NCBI GenBank assembly: GCA_964430105.1
Contig: CAYSEF010000003.1
Coordinates: forward strand, 12,317-76,316
Direction: 5' to 3'
Source: an uncultured Ruminococcus sp.
GTDB lineage: Bacteria > Bacillota > Clostridia > Oscillospirales > CAG-272
Length of the DNA: 64,000 bases
Below, one piece after another: positions 55,794 through 64,000 of this stretch. The notes beneath the pieces are model-generated. The model did no database searches. It was not told the DNA's origin and saw only the letters and a list, made by a program, of their open reading frames with translations. A program made the translations under genes and the position numbers. How positions within the stretch are numbered: the stretch's first letter is position 1; each line of letters starts with the position of its first letter.

Positions 55794-56663
55794 ATGATAT
55801 ACAGCGATTTCACAAATTCAGACAGAGCTGAGGTTCTTACGGCGGCTCTCCCCTATATAAGACGCTACAACGGTAAGATTGTTGTAATTAAATACGGCGG
55901 AAACGCTATGATAAACGAACAACTCAAGGAGCAGGTTATGGAGGATATAGTCCTTCTGTGGCTCATTGGCGTTAAGGTTGTTTTGGTTCACGGTGGTGGG
56001 CCTGAAATAAGCGAAACTATGGCAAAGCTTGGTAAAAAAGCTGAATTTGTAGGTGGTCTTCGCGTAACAGATAAGGAAACTGTCGATATCGTTCAGATGG
56101 TGCTTGCCGGTAAGATAAATAAAACTCTCGTAAACCTGCTTGAAATGAAGGGCGGTAAGGCGATGGGTATTTCCGGTATAGACGGCAGACTTATCGAAGC
56201 TGAAATGCGTGACGAAAAGCTGGGTTATGTTGGCGATGTTACAAATATCAATATCGCACCCGTAATTGACCTTCTTGAAAAAGGCTATATTCCTGTAATT
56301 TCAACAGTAGGATGCGATAAGGATGGAAATACCTATAATATCAACGGTGATACTGCCGCAGCACATATCGCAGGAGCGATGAATGCAGAACGTCTTATAA
56401 TGATGACAGATATAGCAGGTATTCTCCGTGATAAGGACGATCCGTCAACCCTTATTCCCGATATCACTATTGACGAAGCAAAACAGCTTTATGATGAAGG
56501 CGTTATTTCAGGCGGTATGATACCAAAGGTAGATTGCTGTATTGAAGCCATACATAGAGGCGTTGAAAATGTTATTATCATGGACGGAAGAGTACCACAT
56601 TCAATACTCATCGAAATACTTACAGATGAGGGTGCCGGTACAATGGTCATGAAGGATAGATAA
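55794..56663 (+). CDS. argB: acetylglutamate kinase
   Basis: Motifs are VIKYGGNAM, VLVHGGGPEI and YNINGDTAA. Confidence 0.93.
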   Translation: MIYSDFTNSDRAEVLTAALPYIRRYNGKIVVIKYGGNAMINEQLKEQVMEDIVLLWLIGVKVVLVHGGGPEISETMAKLGKKAEFVGGLRVTDKETVDIVQMVLAGKINKTLVNLLEMKGGKAMGISGIDGRLIEAEMRDEKLGYVGDVTNINIAPVIDLLEKGYIPVISTVGCDKDGNTYNINGDTAAAHIAGAMNAERLIMMTDIAGILRDKDDPSTLIPDITIDEAKQLYDEGVISGGMIPKVDCCIEAIHRGVENVIIMDGRVPHSILIEILTDEGAGTMVMKDR

Positions 56664-56707
56664 AGACTGAATATTGCTGAAATAAGCTGATGTAAAAGGA
56701 AAATACA

Positions 56708-57874
56708 ATGACTGATTTAATTAACATAGATAAACAATACGTTGCAAATACATATAATCGTTTTCCCGTTGAGATAGCCTCCGGAAAAGGCTCGATAATG
56801 TACGATACAAACGGTAAGCGTTATATCGATATGGGTACAGGTATAGCAGTAAATACCTTTGGTATTGCTGATGATGAATGGACAAAGGCTGTTACAGCAC
56901 AGCTCACAAAGGTTCAGCATACATCAAATTTGTATTATACAGAGCCTTGTGCAAAGCTTGCTGAAATGCTTTGTACCAAAACAGGCATGAAAAAGGTGTT
57001 TTTTGGTAATTCCGGTGCTGAAGCCAACGAATGTGCGATTAAGGTTGCAAGAAAATATGCCGCTGAGAAGAAGGGTGCAGAGTATTCCACAATAATCACA
57101 CTCAAGAACAGCTTCCATGGCCGTACTCTTACAACTCTTTCGGCTACAGGTCAGGAACATTATCATGAGCTTTTCAGACCGCTCACACCGGGATTTGTTC
57201 ACACTACAGCAGGTGATATGGATGAGCTGAAAAAGCTTGTCAGCGAGAATAAAGTTGCCGCTGTTATGATCGAATGTGTTCAGGGTGAAGGCGGTGTGAA
57301 TGTCCTCGATGCCGAATACGTTAAGGAACTTCGTAAATTCACTGAAGAAAACGATATTCTTCTCATGGTAGATGAAGTTCAGACAGGTAATGGCAGAAGC
57401 GGTGCCCTTTATGCATATATGAACTACGGCATTATGCCCGATGTTGTTTCTACAGCAAAGGGTATCGGTGGCGGACTTCCTCTTGGCGCATGTATGCTCG
57501 GCGAAAAGGTAGAATTTGTTCTTGGCTTTGGCGATCATGGTTCTACATTCGGTGGAAATCCTGTTTGCTGTGCAGGTGCCGTTTCCATAATAGAAAGATT
57601 GACAGACGAGCTTCTCGAAGGCGTTAAGCGTAAGAGTAAGTATATCTTCGATGAATTGAGTGGCGCAGAGGGTGTAGAATCTGTCAGCGGTATGGGACTT
57701 ATGATAGGTGTTAAAACTGCAAAACCCGCAGGCGATGTGCTTAAATACTGTATGGATAAAGGCGTTCTCTGCCTTACCGCAAAGGATAAGGTAAGACTTC
57801 TTCCGGCATTAAATATTCCCGACGATGTACTTGCAGAAGCAGTAGCTGTTATAAAAGAAGCTTGTAAGGCGTAA
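56708..57874 (+). CDS. argD: acetylornithine aminotransferase
   Basis: This is a class III PLP aminotransferase with GNSGAEANE, DEVQTG.GRSG and the PLP lysine in VSTAKGIGGG. It sits within the arg operon. Confidence 0.9.
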   Translation: MTDLINIDKQYVANTYNRFPVEIASGKGSIMYDTNGKRYIDMGTGIAVNTFGIADDEWTKAVTAQLTKVQHTSNLYYTEPCAKLAEMLCTKTGMKKVFFGNSGAEANECAIKVARKYAAEKKGAEYSTIITLKNSFHGRTLTTLSATGQEHYHELFRPLTPGFVHTTAGDMDELKKLVSENKVAAVMIECVQGEGGVNVLDAEYVKELRKFTEENDILLMVDEVQTGNGRSGALYAYMNYGIMPDVVSTAKGIGGGLPLGACMLGEKVEFVLGFGDHGSTFGGNPVCCAGAVSIIERLTDELLEGVKRKSKYIFDELSGAEGVESVSGMGLMIGVKTAKPAGDVLKYCMDKGVLCLTAKDKVRLLPALNIPDDVLAEAVAVIKEACKA

Positions 57875-57898
57875 ACAGGAAATTTTGGAGAAAATATT

Positions 57899-58903
57899 AT
57901 GAATCTTTATAAAAAATCATTTCTCAAGTTGCTTGACTTCACTCCCGATGAGATCACAGGTCTTATAGATCTTGCTGCCGATCTCAAGGCTAAGAAAAAA
58001 GCAGGAATTCCTCATAAATATTGCGAAGGCAAAAATATTGCACTTGTTTTTGAAAAGACAAGCACAAGAACTCGCTGTGCATTTGAAGTAGCAGCTGCCG
58101 ATCTTGGTATGCATCCGGTTTATCTCGATCCAAAGTCCTCGCAGATAGGAAAGAAGGAATCTATCGCAGATACTGCCCGTGTTCTCGGAAGAATGTTCGA
58201 TGGTATAGAATATCGCGGTTATGCTCAGACTATAGTTGAGGATCTTGCAAAATATTCCGGTGTGCCTGTATGGAACGGTCTTACAAATGAATTCCATCCC
58301 ACTCAGATACTTGCGGATTTCCTCACTATCCGTGAACATTTCGGATACCTGCGTGGAATCAAGTTCGTTTATATGGGCGATGCAAGATATAATATGGGTA
58401 ATTCACTTATGGTCGGATGTGCTAAGATGGGTATGCACTTTGTTGCCTGTGCACCGAAGGAATATTTCCCCTCTGCTGAGCTTATAGCTGAATGTGAAGC
58501 TGTAGCCAAGGAAACAGGCGCAGTTCTTGAGTTCATCGAAGATCCTATGGAAGCTACAAAGAACGCAGACGTTATCTATACCGATGTTTGGGTGTCAATG
58601 GGCGAGCCTGCTGAGGTTTGGAAGGAACGTATAGATGCTCTCCTGCCGTATCAGGTAAATAAAAAGCTTATGGATAATGCAGGTGAAAAGTGTCGTTTCA
58701 TGCATTGCTTACCCGCTTTCCATGACCTTGGTACAGAAACAGGCCGAGAAATACATGAAAAATTCGGTCTTGAATGTATGGAAGTTACCGATGAAGTGTT
58801 TGAATCCTCTCAGTCCATCGTATTTGATGAAGCTGAAAACAGAATGCACACTATCAAAGCGGTAATGGCTGCTACTCTTGCCGATCTCACAAAAATCAAA
58901 TAA
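57899..58903 (+). CDS. argF: ornithine carbamoyltransferase
   Basis: Motifs are FEKTSTRTR (carbamoyl-phosphate site), HPTQ, DVWVSMG and HCLPA. Confidence 0.93.
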   Translation: MNLYKKSFLKLLDFTPDEITGLIDLAADLKAKKKAGIPHKYCEGKNIALVFEKTSTRTRCAFEVAAADLGMHPVYLDPKSSQIGKKESIADTARVLGRMFDGIEYRGYAQTIVEDLAKYSGVPVWNGLTNEFHPTQILADFLTIREHFGYLRGIKFVYMGDARYNMGNSLMVGCAKMGMHFVACAPKEYFPSAELIAECEAVAKETGAVLEFIEDPMEATKNADVIYTDVWVSMGEPAEVWKERIDALLPYQVNKKLMDNAGEKCRFMHCLPAFHDLGTETGREIHEKFGLECMEVTDEVFESSQSIVFDEAENRMHTIKAVMAATLADLTKIK

Positions 58904-58993
58904 AAAGCTCTATCAACCGAGCGTAGCACAAATGTCGTTGACTGATAATCCACAATAGTCCGGAAAACAGTAAAAACAATTTGATAATAAAAT

Positions 58994-59043
58994 AGGCTGC
59001 TCACATTATGGAAAATACTTCCTTGATGTGAGCAGCCTGTTTT
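58994..59043. terminator. rho-independent terminator after argF (convergent with the ADH gene)
   Basis: AGGCTGCTCACAT (58994-59006) and ATGTGAGCAGCCT (59026-59038) form a perfect 13-bp stem, followed by GTTTTTATTT. Confidence 0.88.
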
Positions 59044-59053
59044 TATTTATCTG

Positions 59054-60160
59054 TCAACTAAATAATCTTGTGTAGATATCCGACATTTCTCCTCGAGATA
59101 TAATGTACGGCGAATTTGCGTAATTTCCGGCACCTGCAACTCTGTCGATCAGCTCTTCACGCTCTGCTTCGCTGATTTTCAGCTTTACTCCACTCATTTC
59201 GGGAATACGTTCGATCATTTCTTCCGCAGTTGTCGAAAGGTGCTTGGTGAGCTTGTTTATACGATCTCTGCCTACGTTTGAAATCATATTGTATTTTATA
59301 TATGCTCCTTCAAAAATTGCGCAGGCACGTCCGTGTGGTATACCTCTTGTCAACGTAATACTGTATCCGAGAGGGTGCGGGAATCCTGTACCGGTGTAGT
59401 CTATCGCAATTCCTGCTGCTGTTGCCGCATATGCAAGCTTTTCACGATTTTCCTTTGTTAAATCAAGCTTTCCGCAGAATAACACGTCCCAAATTTCTTT
59501 TGCGGCGAAAAGTGCGGCTTCTTCTGACTGTTTGCATGATTTTGGGGAGAGATATGATTCAATAGCGTGTGCCAGTGCATCAAGAGCAGTTGATACTGTG
59601 TAGTCCTCGCTCAGTGTTTCGGTGTATTTTGGACATACAAAAGCAACCTTCGCATATGCTGATGAATGCTTGAAGGTTTTCTTTCGCTTACCATCATCTA
59701 TCGTGAGGACTGAATATCTGCAAGCTTCACTTCCTGTTCCGGCAGTTGTGGGTATTGCAATAAGTGGCAGGCAGTCATTCTTGCGTTTGCAGTCATCAAA
59801 TATATCCATTACGTCGCAATTCGGGTTTGCTGCGTAACCGGCGATAGCTTTTGCGGCATCAATGGCAGAACCACCACCTATTGCTATGACGAAATCACAA
59901 TTTTCGTTTCTGCAAAGCTCACCGCCCTTGTGACACATGGGTGCAGGCGGATTTTCGGGTATCTCATTGAATCGTACATAAGAAATGCCAACTTGCGATA
60001 AAGCTGTTTCAACGTCAGCCATAGCACCGCATTTGTCAGCCGATGTTTTACCTGTTACTACCAGTGCACGCTTTCCGTATTGTGCAAAAATATTCGCATT
60101 ATCAGTCACACAGCTCCAGCCTGTTACGATTTTTACAGGTTTGTGTGTTGTAAAATCCAT
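59054..60160 (-). CDS. iron-containing (group III) alcohol dehydrogenase
   Basis: The GGGSAIDAAKAIA motif and the His ligands (ALAHAIESY, GFPHPLG) are present. The start is set at the ATG at 60160 (MDFTTHKPV), preceded by GGAGG. The tracked 53-codon extension runs through the promoter. Confidence 0.85.
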   Translation of the reverse strand: MDFTTHKPVKIVTGWSCVTDNANIFAQYGKRALVVTGKTSADKCGAMADVETALSQVGISYVRFNEIPENPPAPMCHKGGELCRNENCDFVIAIGGGSAIDAAKAIAGYAANPNCDVMDIFDDCKRKNDCLPLIAIPTTAGTGSEACRYSVLTIDDGKRKKTFKHSSAYAKVAFVCPKYTETLSEDYTVSTALDALAHAIESYLSPKSCKQSEEAALFAAKEIWDVLFCGKLDLTKENREKLAYAATAAGIAIDYTGTGFPHPLGYSITLTRGIPHGRACAIFEGAYIKYNMISNVGRDRINKLTKHLSTTAEEMIERIPEMSGVKLKISEAEREELIDRVAGAGNYANSPYIISRGEMSDIYTRLFS

Positions 60161-60232
60161 TTCAACCTCCGGATCTACGTTATATAGGAAAATAGCATTG
60201 ACCAAATATAAATGACCAATGCATACCCGACT

Positions 60233-60262
60233 ATTATACCATATTTGTACCTGAATCGGCAA
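60233..60262 (-). promoter_or_regulatory. sigma-A promoter for the ADH gene
   Basis: On the minus strand, TTGCCG (60257-60262), an 18-nt spacer, then TGG-TATAAT (60233-60238). Confidence 0.6.
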
Positions 60263-60323
60263 TAGGTGAATTGTGGATTTTGCTTTAATGAAATATGGAC
60301 AACTTGGGGAAAGTAACAAATAA

Positions 60324-60378
60324 TAAAAAAATGGAGCTGACGCAAATTACATAATCAAATGTAAATGCGACCTCTCCA
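60324..60378 (-). terminator. rho-independent terminator after marR
   Basis: On the minus strand, TGGAGAGGTCGCA pairs with TGCGTCAGCTCCA (10 of 13 positions), followed by T7. Confidence 0.6.
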
Positions 60379-60384
60379 TAGATA

Positions 60385-60849
60385 TTATTCGGTAATCTCA
60401 GCACCGTTCTCAAGAAATTCGCTGAGCTTAAAAAGTGCTTCTATCATTGAGTCAGCTGACTGTTCATCAATGTCCTTTGTAATATAAGCGATCATGTCAC
60501 GTAGAAAATCAAGGTATTCACGATTTGCCGTAGCACCATTGTCTGTGAGCTGAACGAAGATCACACGTCTGTCATGCGATGAATATTCACGGATGAGGTA
60601 TCCCTTCTTCACCAATACATTTACTGCTGTTGTAAGAGAAGCAGGGGATAGGTGCAGGTATTTCGCTATCTCTGCCATAGTGTTTTTGTTTTGGTCTGTC
60701 AGTGCCGCAACCGCTTCAATTACATGATATTCCTTTACGGAGAGATTGTTCGCACATTTTTTACGCAGACATTGCTCCTCAAGAGTGATCATGTGCAGTG
60801 CAGAGTGTAGGAAGTAGTCGTTCAAGATTTCAGTTTGCTTTTTATTCAT
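60385..60849 (-). CDS. MarR-family transcriptional regulator
   Basis: 154 aa. The winged-helix segment is LSVKEYHVIEAV...MAEIAKYLHLSPASLTTAVNVLVKKGYLIREYSSHDRRVIFVQLT. Confidence 0.85.
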   Translation of the reverse strand: MNKKQTEILNDYFLHSALHMITLEEQCLRKKCANNLSVKEYHVIEAVAALTDQNKNTMAEIAKYLHLSPASLTTAVNVLVKKGYLIREYSSHDRRVIFVQLTDNGATANREYLDFLRDMIAYITKDIDEQSADSMIEALFKLSEFLENGAEITE

Positions 60850-61127
60850 TCCGTGCGTATCCTTTTTTATTGCAAATAATTGCTATATAATAATGATACC
60901 ATATTAAAAGTTTTATGTCAATAGCTGAGGAAAACTCATAATCAAATATTTACAAATTGCGATGAAATGTGAAATTTATCTTAAATTTACACTCTGAACG
61001 GAACTTTTTTAATATGCTGAACGTCAAATATGCGTGTGCAGATCCTATGTCTGATAATGATACAAAGGCATACTTCTCCATCTGCCCGTGTCATCTTGTT
61101 TGTTCTAAATTTTATGCAAATTTACAC

Positions 61128-61155
61128 TTGAAATATTCTGCGAATATGGTATAAT
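61128..61155 (+). promoter_or_regulatory. sigma-A promoter for the large SLH protein gene
   Basis: TTGAAA (61128-61133), a 16-nt spacer, then TGG-TATAAT (61150-61155). A GGAGGAAG RBS lies at 61190-61197. Confidence 0.7.
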
Positions 61156-61199
61156 TACAATGTATATTTGTTCGCAATATATGTTAATTGGAGGAAGAT

Positions 61200-64000
61200 A
61201 TGAAAAAATTTAAGCGTATCTTGTCCGGCGTACTTGCAGCAGCTATGACTGTAAGCGCAGCTTCCATGATATCGGTTGGCGCTGCTAACGTTTCATTTAC
61301 AGACGTTTCAGGTCACTGGGCATGGACTAACGGACAAATTCCGTATCTCGTTGAAAAAGGCGTTCTCAACGGATATGAGCAGTCTAACGGAACTTATATG
61401 TTCAAGCCCGATGGAAATGTAAAACGCTCCGAGTTTATTAAAATGCTCGATGAAGTGTTCGGTCTTGAAGTAACAACTTCGATAAACTACAGTGATATTT
61501 CGGCTTCTGACTGGTTCTATCCTTATTTCCAGAAGGCTGCCGCTCAGGGATATCTGCTTGATTACGGTAATAAAGCTAATCCAAGCGGTGAGATCACTCG
61601 TGAAGAAGCTACAGCACTTCTTGTAAGATATCTCGATCTTCCGGCAAATGAAAAAGCTGAAACTTCTTCTCTTGCCGACTATTCGACAATTTCCGATAAC
61701 TATAAGGAATATGTTCTTCGTGCAGTTCATGCAGGTGTTATCAATGGCTACAATGAAAACGGTCAGACATACTTCAAGCCAAAGAAAACTCTTACCCGTG
61801 CCGAAGCATTGACTATCCTTTACCGTGCTGCCGGCTGTATTTTCAATGAAAGTGCGTATAACCGTGACGGTGACGCTAATGATACTAACAATGTCATTAC
61901 AGAAGGAAATATCACCATCAATAATGTGCGTCTTAACGGAAGAAATATCATTACTGAAGGCGCTGACAGTGGCAAGATAACCTTCTATGATTGTGATATC
62001 AATGGCACTCTCTATATTCGTGGTGGTGCCGATGTTACTTTTAATGACTGCGATGTTGAGAATGTTGTCGTTTACGGCGGTGGCACTGTATCACTTGTAA
62101 GCGGTACTAAGATGGAGTCACTTACACTTGAAAATAAGGCTTCCGTAAGCATTTATTCCGGCACTAAGGTTAATACACTTTCTGTCGAATATGGTGCTGA
62201 TAAGGTTCGTGTAACCGGTGACGGTTCTATCGGTAAAGCAATCATCAGGGCGAGAGATTTCTCATCTTCAATGGTTCCTGCTGAATTTGAAATAGGCAAT
62301 AATCTTAACGCATCCTTCGGTTCTACAGAATATGAAGGCTCCAGCGATACTCAGAATGCGTTTGAAATTGCTCCGTTCTCATCAGCTGACAAAAACAGCT
62401 ATTATCTTAACGTGCTTTCTGCTATCGGTGGTGAAGTTTACTATTACTACACCAATCTCGGTACAGAGCCTACAATTTCTTCATTTGATTCTTATTACGA
62501 TCAGGCAACTTGCTACGGCAGATTTGATATTACCGCAAATGAGCCTGTAAGTGCCTCTACATACGCACCATCTACTGTATCCAAATTTGAATTTGTAGCA
62601 CTTCAGATTCGTGATGGCTCTCGTAAGTATGCACCTATTCTCATTCAGAATCATGGCGATCTTACTACCGGTTTTGCTACAGAACCTTATCTTGCTGATG
62701 CTACTACAATTAAGTTCCGTGCATCCACATCAGCAACACTTTATTGGTTCTATGCAAACGACGGTAAGCAGCTCAATCAGGTAGAATTCCTCTCGACATA
62801 TAAAGATAAAGAATCTGCTCTTAAAGGCGAATCCTCTATCAATAATGTTCAGACATTCTCTTGCAGTCTTAAGGAAAAATACCTTGAAAATTACAGCTAC
62901 GTTGCGTTTATGCTTAAAACAGGAGCAAATGTTTACCATACTCCGGTTATCGTATCTGTAGGCAAGACAGGCTTTGATTCTCTTCCGGCTATTAAGACTC
63001 CCGGTATAATCAACTTCAAGGCAAATACTGCCGGCGATATTTACTATTATTATTCCACAACCGCAGATCTCCCGGCTGCTGATAAGTTCAAGACTGCGTA
63101 TAATGCAGCTAAGCACAAGGATCACAACTCTATCAGAGCTAACGTAAGCACCGATTTGAATTATGATCTCGATTACATTGATGATTATCCTTACCTTATC
63201 ATGAGCATTCGTGATGATAATGATAAGTATATGCAGCCTGTATGTGTTGATATAAACTTCACAACCGGTTTTAAGAACGCTCCTTCCGTAAAGAATTCCA
63301 GTGAGATTAAATTCCGTACTGAGGAACGTGGTGAAGTCAAGTATTACTATACTAAGGACGAAAATGTTCCGAGTGTAGACGATTTCAATAAGGAATACGA
63401 CAAGCAGTCCTCTAAGTATAAGGGTAAGATGACTGTTTCCGATATGTACGAAACTATCGAATATAAGACCTCTTACGCTGTAACATATCCGAATATGGCT
63501 ATTATGTTTACAGATAGAGATGGTAAGGATTACAGCCCCGTTCTTGTTGAACTTAACGCTACACTTAATACAGGATTTACCGTTGCACCTTATGCTGAGG
63601 ATGGTTATGTAAACTTCCGCACAGAAGAAAGCGGTGAGGTTTGGTACTTCTACAGCAAGGATAACTCTGTTGTAGCTCCCGATGATTTTGAAGATTATTG
63701 GGATAATGAATACAACAGAGATCGTGCAGGTTCGGTAAATGTATCTGCCGGTTCTAAGGGTTCCTTCAAGATAGATTATGATATTCTTAAAAATTACCCA
63801 TATATCGTTATTGCTTTCACAGCCGATGAAGATTCTAATCCGAGTTTTGAATTCCCGTTTGTACTTGATGTAGTTCAGTCTGAGGTTTCAAATGTTGGCA
63901 GCGGTCTTGATGTCGGTTCTCCAAGCTCCATTTATGACGATGTTGATGTAAAGGCTCTCTACAGTGGTAAGATTTGCTGGTACTACACAGATGATACAGA
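61200..64000 (+). CDS. large secreted cell-wall protein: signal peptide, 3 SLH domains, beta-helix-like segment, at least 6 tandem modules of about 100 aa each; 3' end outside the window
   Basis: It is not in the ORF track because there is no stop in the window. I translated the frame by hand from the ATG at 61200 to the window end: 933 codons with no stop. The start reads MKKFKRILSGVLAAAMTVSAASMISVGAANVSFTDVSGHWAWTNGQIPYLVEKGVLNGY..., and the second and third SLH units are YSDISASDWFYPYF... and LADYSTISDNYKEYVLRAVHAGVINGY.... The minus-strand ORFs 61308..61730 and 62730..63125 are shadows. Confidence 0.88.
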   Translation, partial: MKKFKRILSGVLAAAMTVSAASMISVGAANVSFTDVSGHWAWTNGQIPYLVEKGVLNGYEQSNGTYMFKPDGNVKRSEFIKMLDEVFGLEVTTSINYSDISASDWFYPYFQKAAAQGYLLDYGNKANPSGEITREEATALLVRYLDLPANEKAETSSLADYSTISDNYKEYVLRAVHAGVINGYNENGQTYFKPKKTLTRAEALTILYRAAGCIFNESAYNRDGDANDTNNVITEGNITINNVRLNGRNIITEGADSGKITFYDCDINGTLYIRGGADVTFNDCDVENVVVYGGGTVSLVSGTKMESLTLENKASVSIYSGTKVNTLSVEYGADKVRVTGDGSIGKAIIRARDFSSSMVPAEFEIGNNLNASFGSTEYEGSSDTQNAFEIAPFSSADKNSYYLNVLSAIGGEVYYYYTNLGTEPTISSFDSYYDQATCYGRFDITANEPVSASTYAPSTVSKFEFVALQIRDGSRKYAPILIQNHGDLTTGFATEPYLADATTIKFRASTSATLYWFYANDGKQLNQVEFLSTYKDKESALKGESSINNVQTFSCSLKEKYLENYSYVAFMLKTGANVYHTPVIVSVGKTGFDSLPAIKTPGIINFKANTAGDIYYYYSTTADLPAADKFKTAYNAAKHKDHNSIRANVSTDLNYDLDYIDDYPYLIMSIRDDNDKYMQPVCVDINFTTGFKNAPSVKNSSEIKFRTEERGEVKYYYTKDENVPSVDDFNKEYDKQSSKYKGKMTVSDMYETIEYKTSYAVTYPNMAIMFTDRDGKDYSPVLVELNATLNTGFTVAPYAEDGYVNFRTEESGEVWYFYSKDNSVVAPDDFEDYWDNEYNRDRAGSVNVSAGSKGSFKIDYDILKNYPYIVIAFTADEDSNPSFEFPFVLDVVQSEVSNVGSGLDVGSPSSIYDDVDVKALYSGKICWYYTDDT
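62354..64000 (+). repeat. protein-level tandem repeats (about 99-110 aa period) inside the SLH protein gene
   Basis: Module starts are in frame at about 62354, then 62667, 62967, 63264, 63570 and 63900. Each begins [ST]G[FL] and carries ..I.F[KR]...G[ED][VI][YW]Y[YF]Y.. and later ..YP[YN][IML][VIA][IM]... The DNA sequences are diverged, so there is no nucleotide-level repeat. Confidence 0.75.

Noticed and set aside
60969-61154. A 61-aa ORF lies in the marR/SLH intergenic region.
   Set aside because: It starts with a non-ATG codon and has no RBS. It runs through the -35/-10 of the SLH gene promoter, and the translation is unremarkable.
61308-63125. Minus-strand ORFs 61308..61730 and 62730..63125, and + ORF 62332..62550.
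   Set aside because: They fall inside the 933-codon open frame of the SLH/repeat protein, which has a promoter, an RBS, a signal peptide and SLH motifs.
1-64000. A search for CRISPR arrays, IS elements, transposases, integrases, prophage genes, toxin-antitoxin pairs and known defence-system components.
   Set aside because: I saw no spaced direct repeats, no terminal inverted repeats flanking ORFs, and no recombinase, nuclease or helicase genes beyond mfd. The window reads as core chromosome.

Overview
This 64-kb window is dense, mostly housekeeping chromosome from a low-GC Gram-positive anaerobe. From gene content (SLH-anchored wall proteins, SleB, SpoVK/TepA-like genes, class B sortase, WalRK-like system) I infer Clostridia, possibly Oscillospiraceae/Ruminococcus-like; this is not proven. 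I support about 55 protein genes, one tRNA-Trp, and several near-consensus sigma-A promoters and rho-independent terminators. I saw no rRNA, CRISPR array, transposase, integrase, phage genes or obvious DNA-level repeats.

Gene order:
- atpB'-atpI and pfkA, then proB
- an SLH wall protein
- a minus-strand pth-mfd-lipoprotein-glgB block
- MBL hydrolase and a NahK-like kinase
- srtB, an RlmA-like methyltransferase and a GT2
- SleB
- an orphan solute-binding lipoprotein
- an ABC / DUF1854 / ABC triad
- rluD-like, DUF3810, a secreted protein, WalR-like, WalK-like and two membrane-anchored accessory proteins
- murA, DUF1858, trmK and nif3
- a cytoplasmic glycoside hydrolase
- mntP, an MFS transporter and a GNAT
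- tRNA-Trp
- a second orphan solute-binding lipoprotein
- AKR-ferredoxin, a SpoVK-like AAA+ protein and a TepA-like Clp-fold protein
- an amino-acid ABC transporter
- ldhA and a YczE-like membrane protein
- argCJBDF
- MarR and an Fe-ADH
- a large SLH/beta-helix/tandem-repeat wall protein that runs off the right edge and is missing from the ORF track

I found no clear-cut novel system. The best candidate is the heterodimeric ABC exporter whose two subunits each carry a related cytoplasmic N-terminal module ending in a zinc ribbon, with a DUF1854 protein encoded between them (20487-25982). Secondary candidates are the five-gene WalRK-like envelope module, the repeat-rich SLH protein and the SpoVK-like/TepA-like pair. 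All function calls rest on my reading of motifs in the translations; no database search was run.
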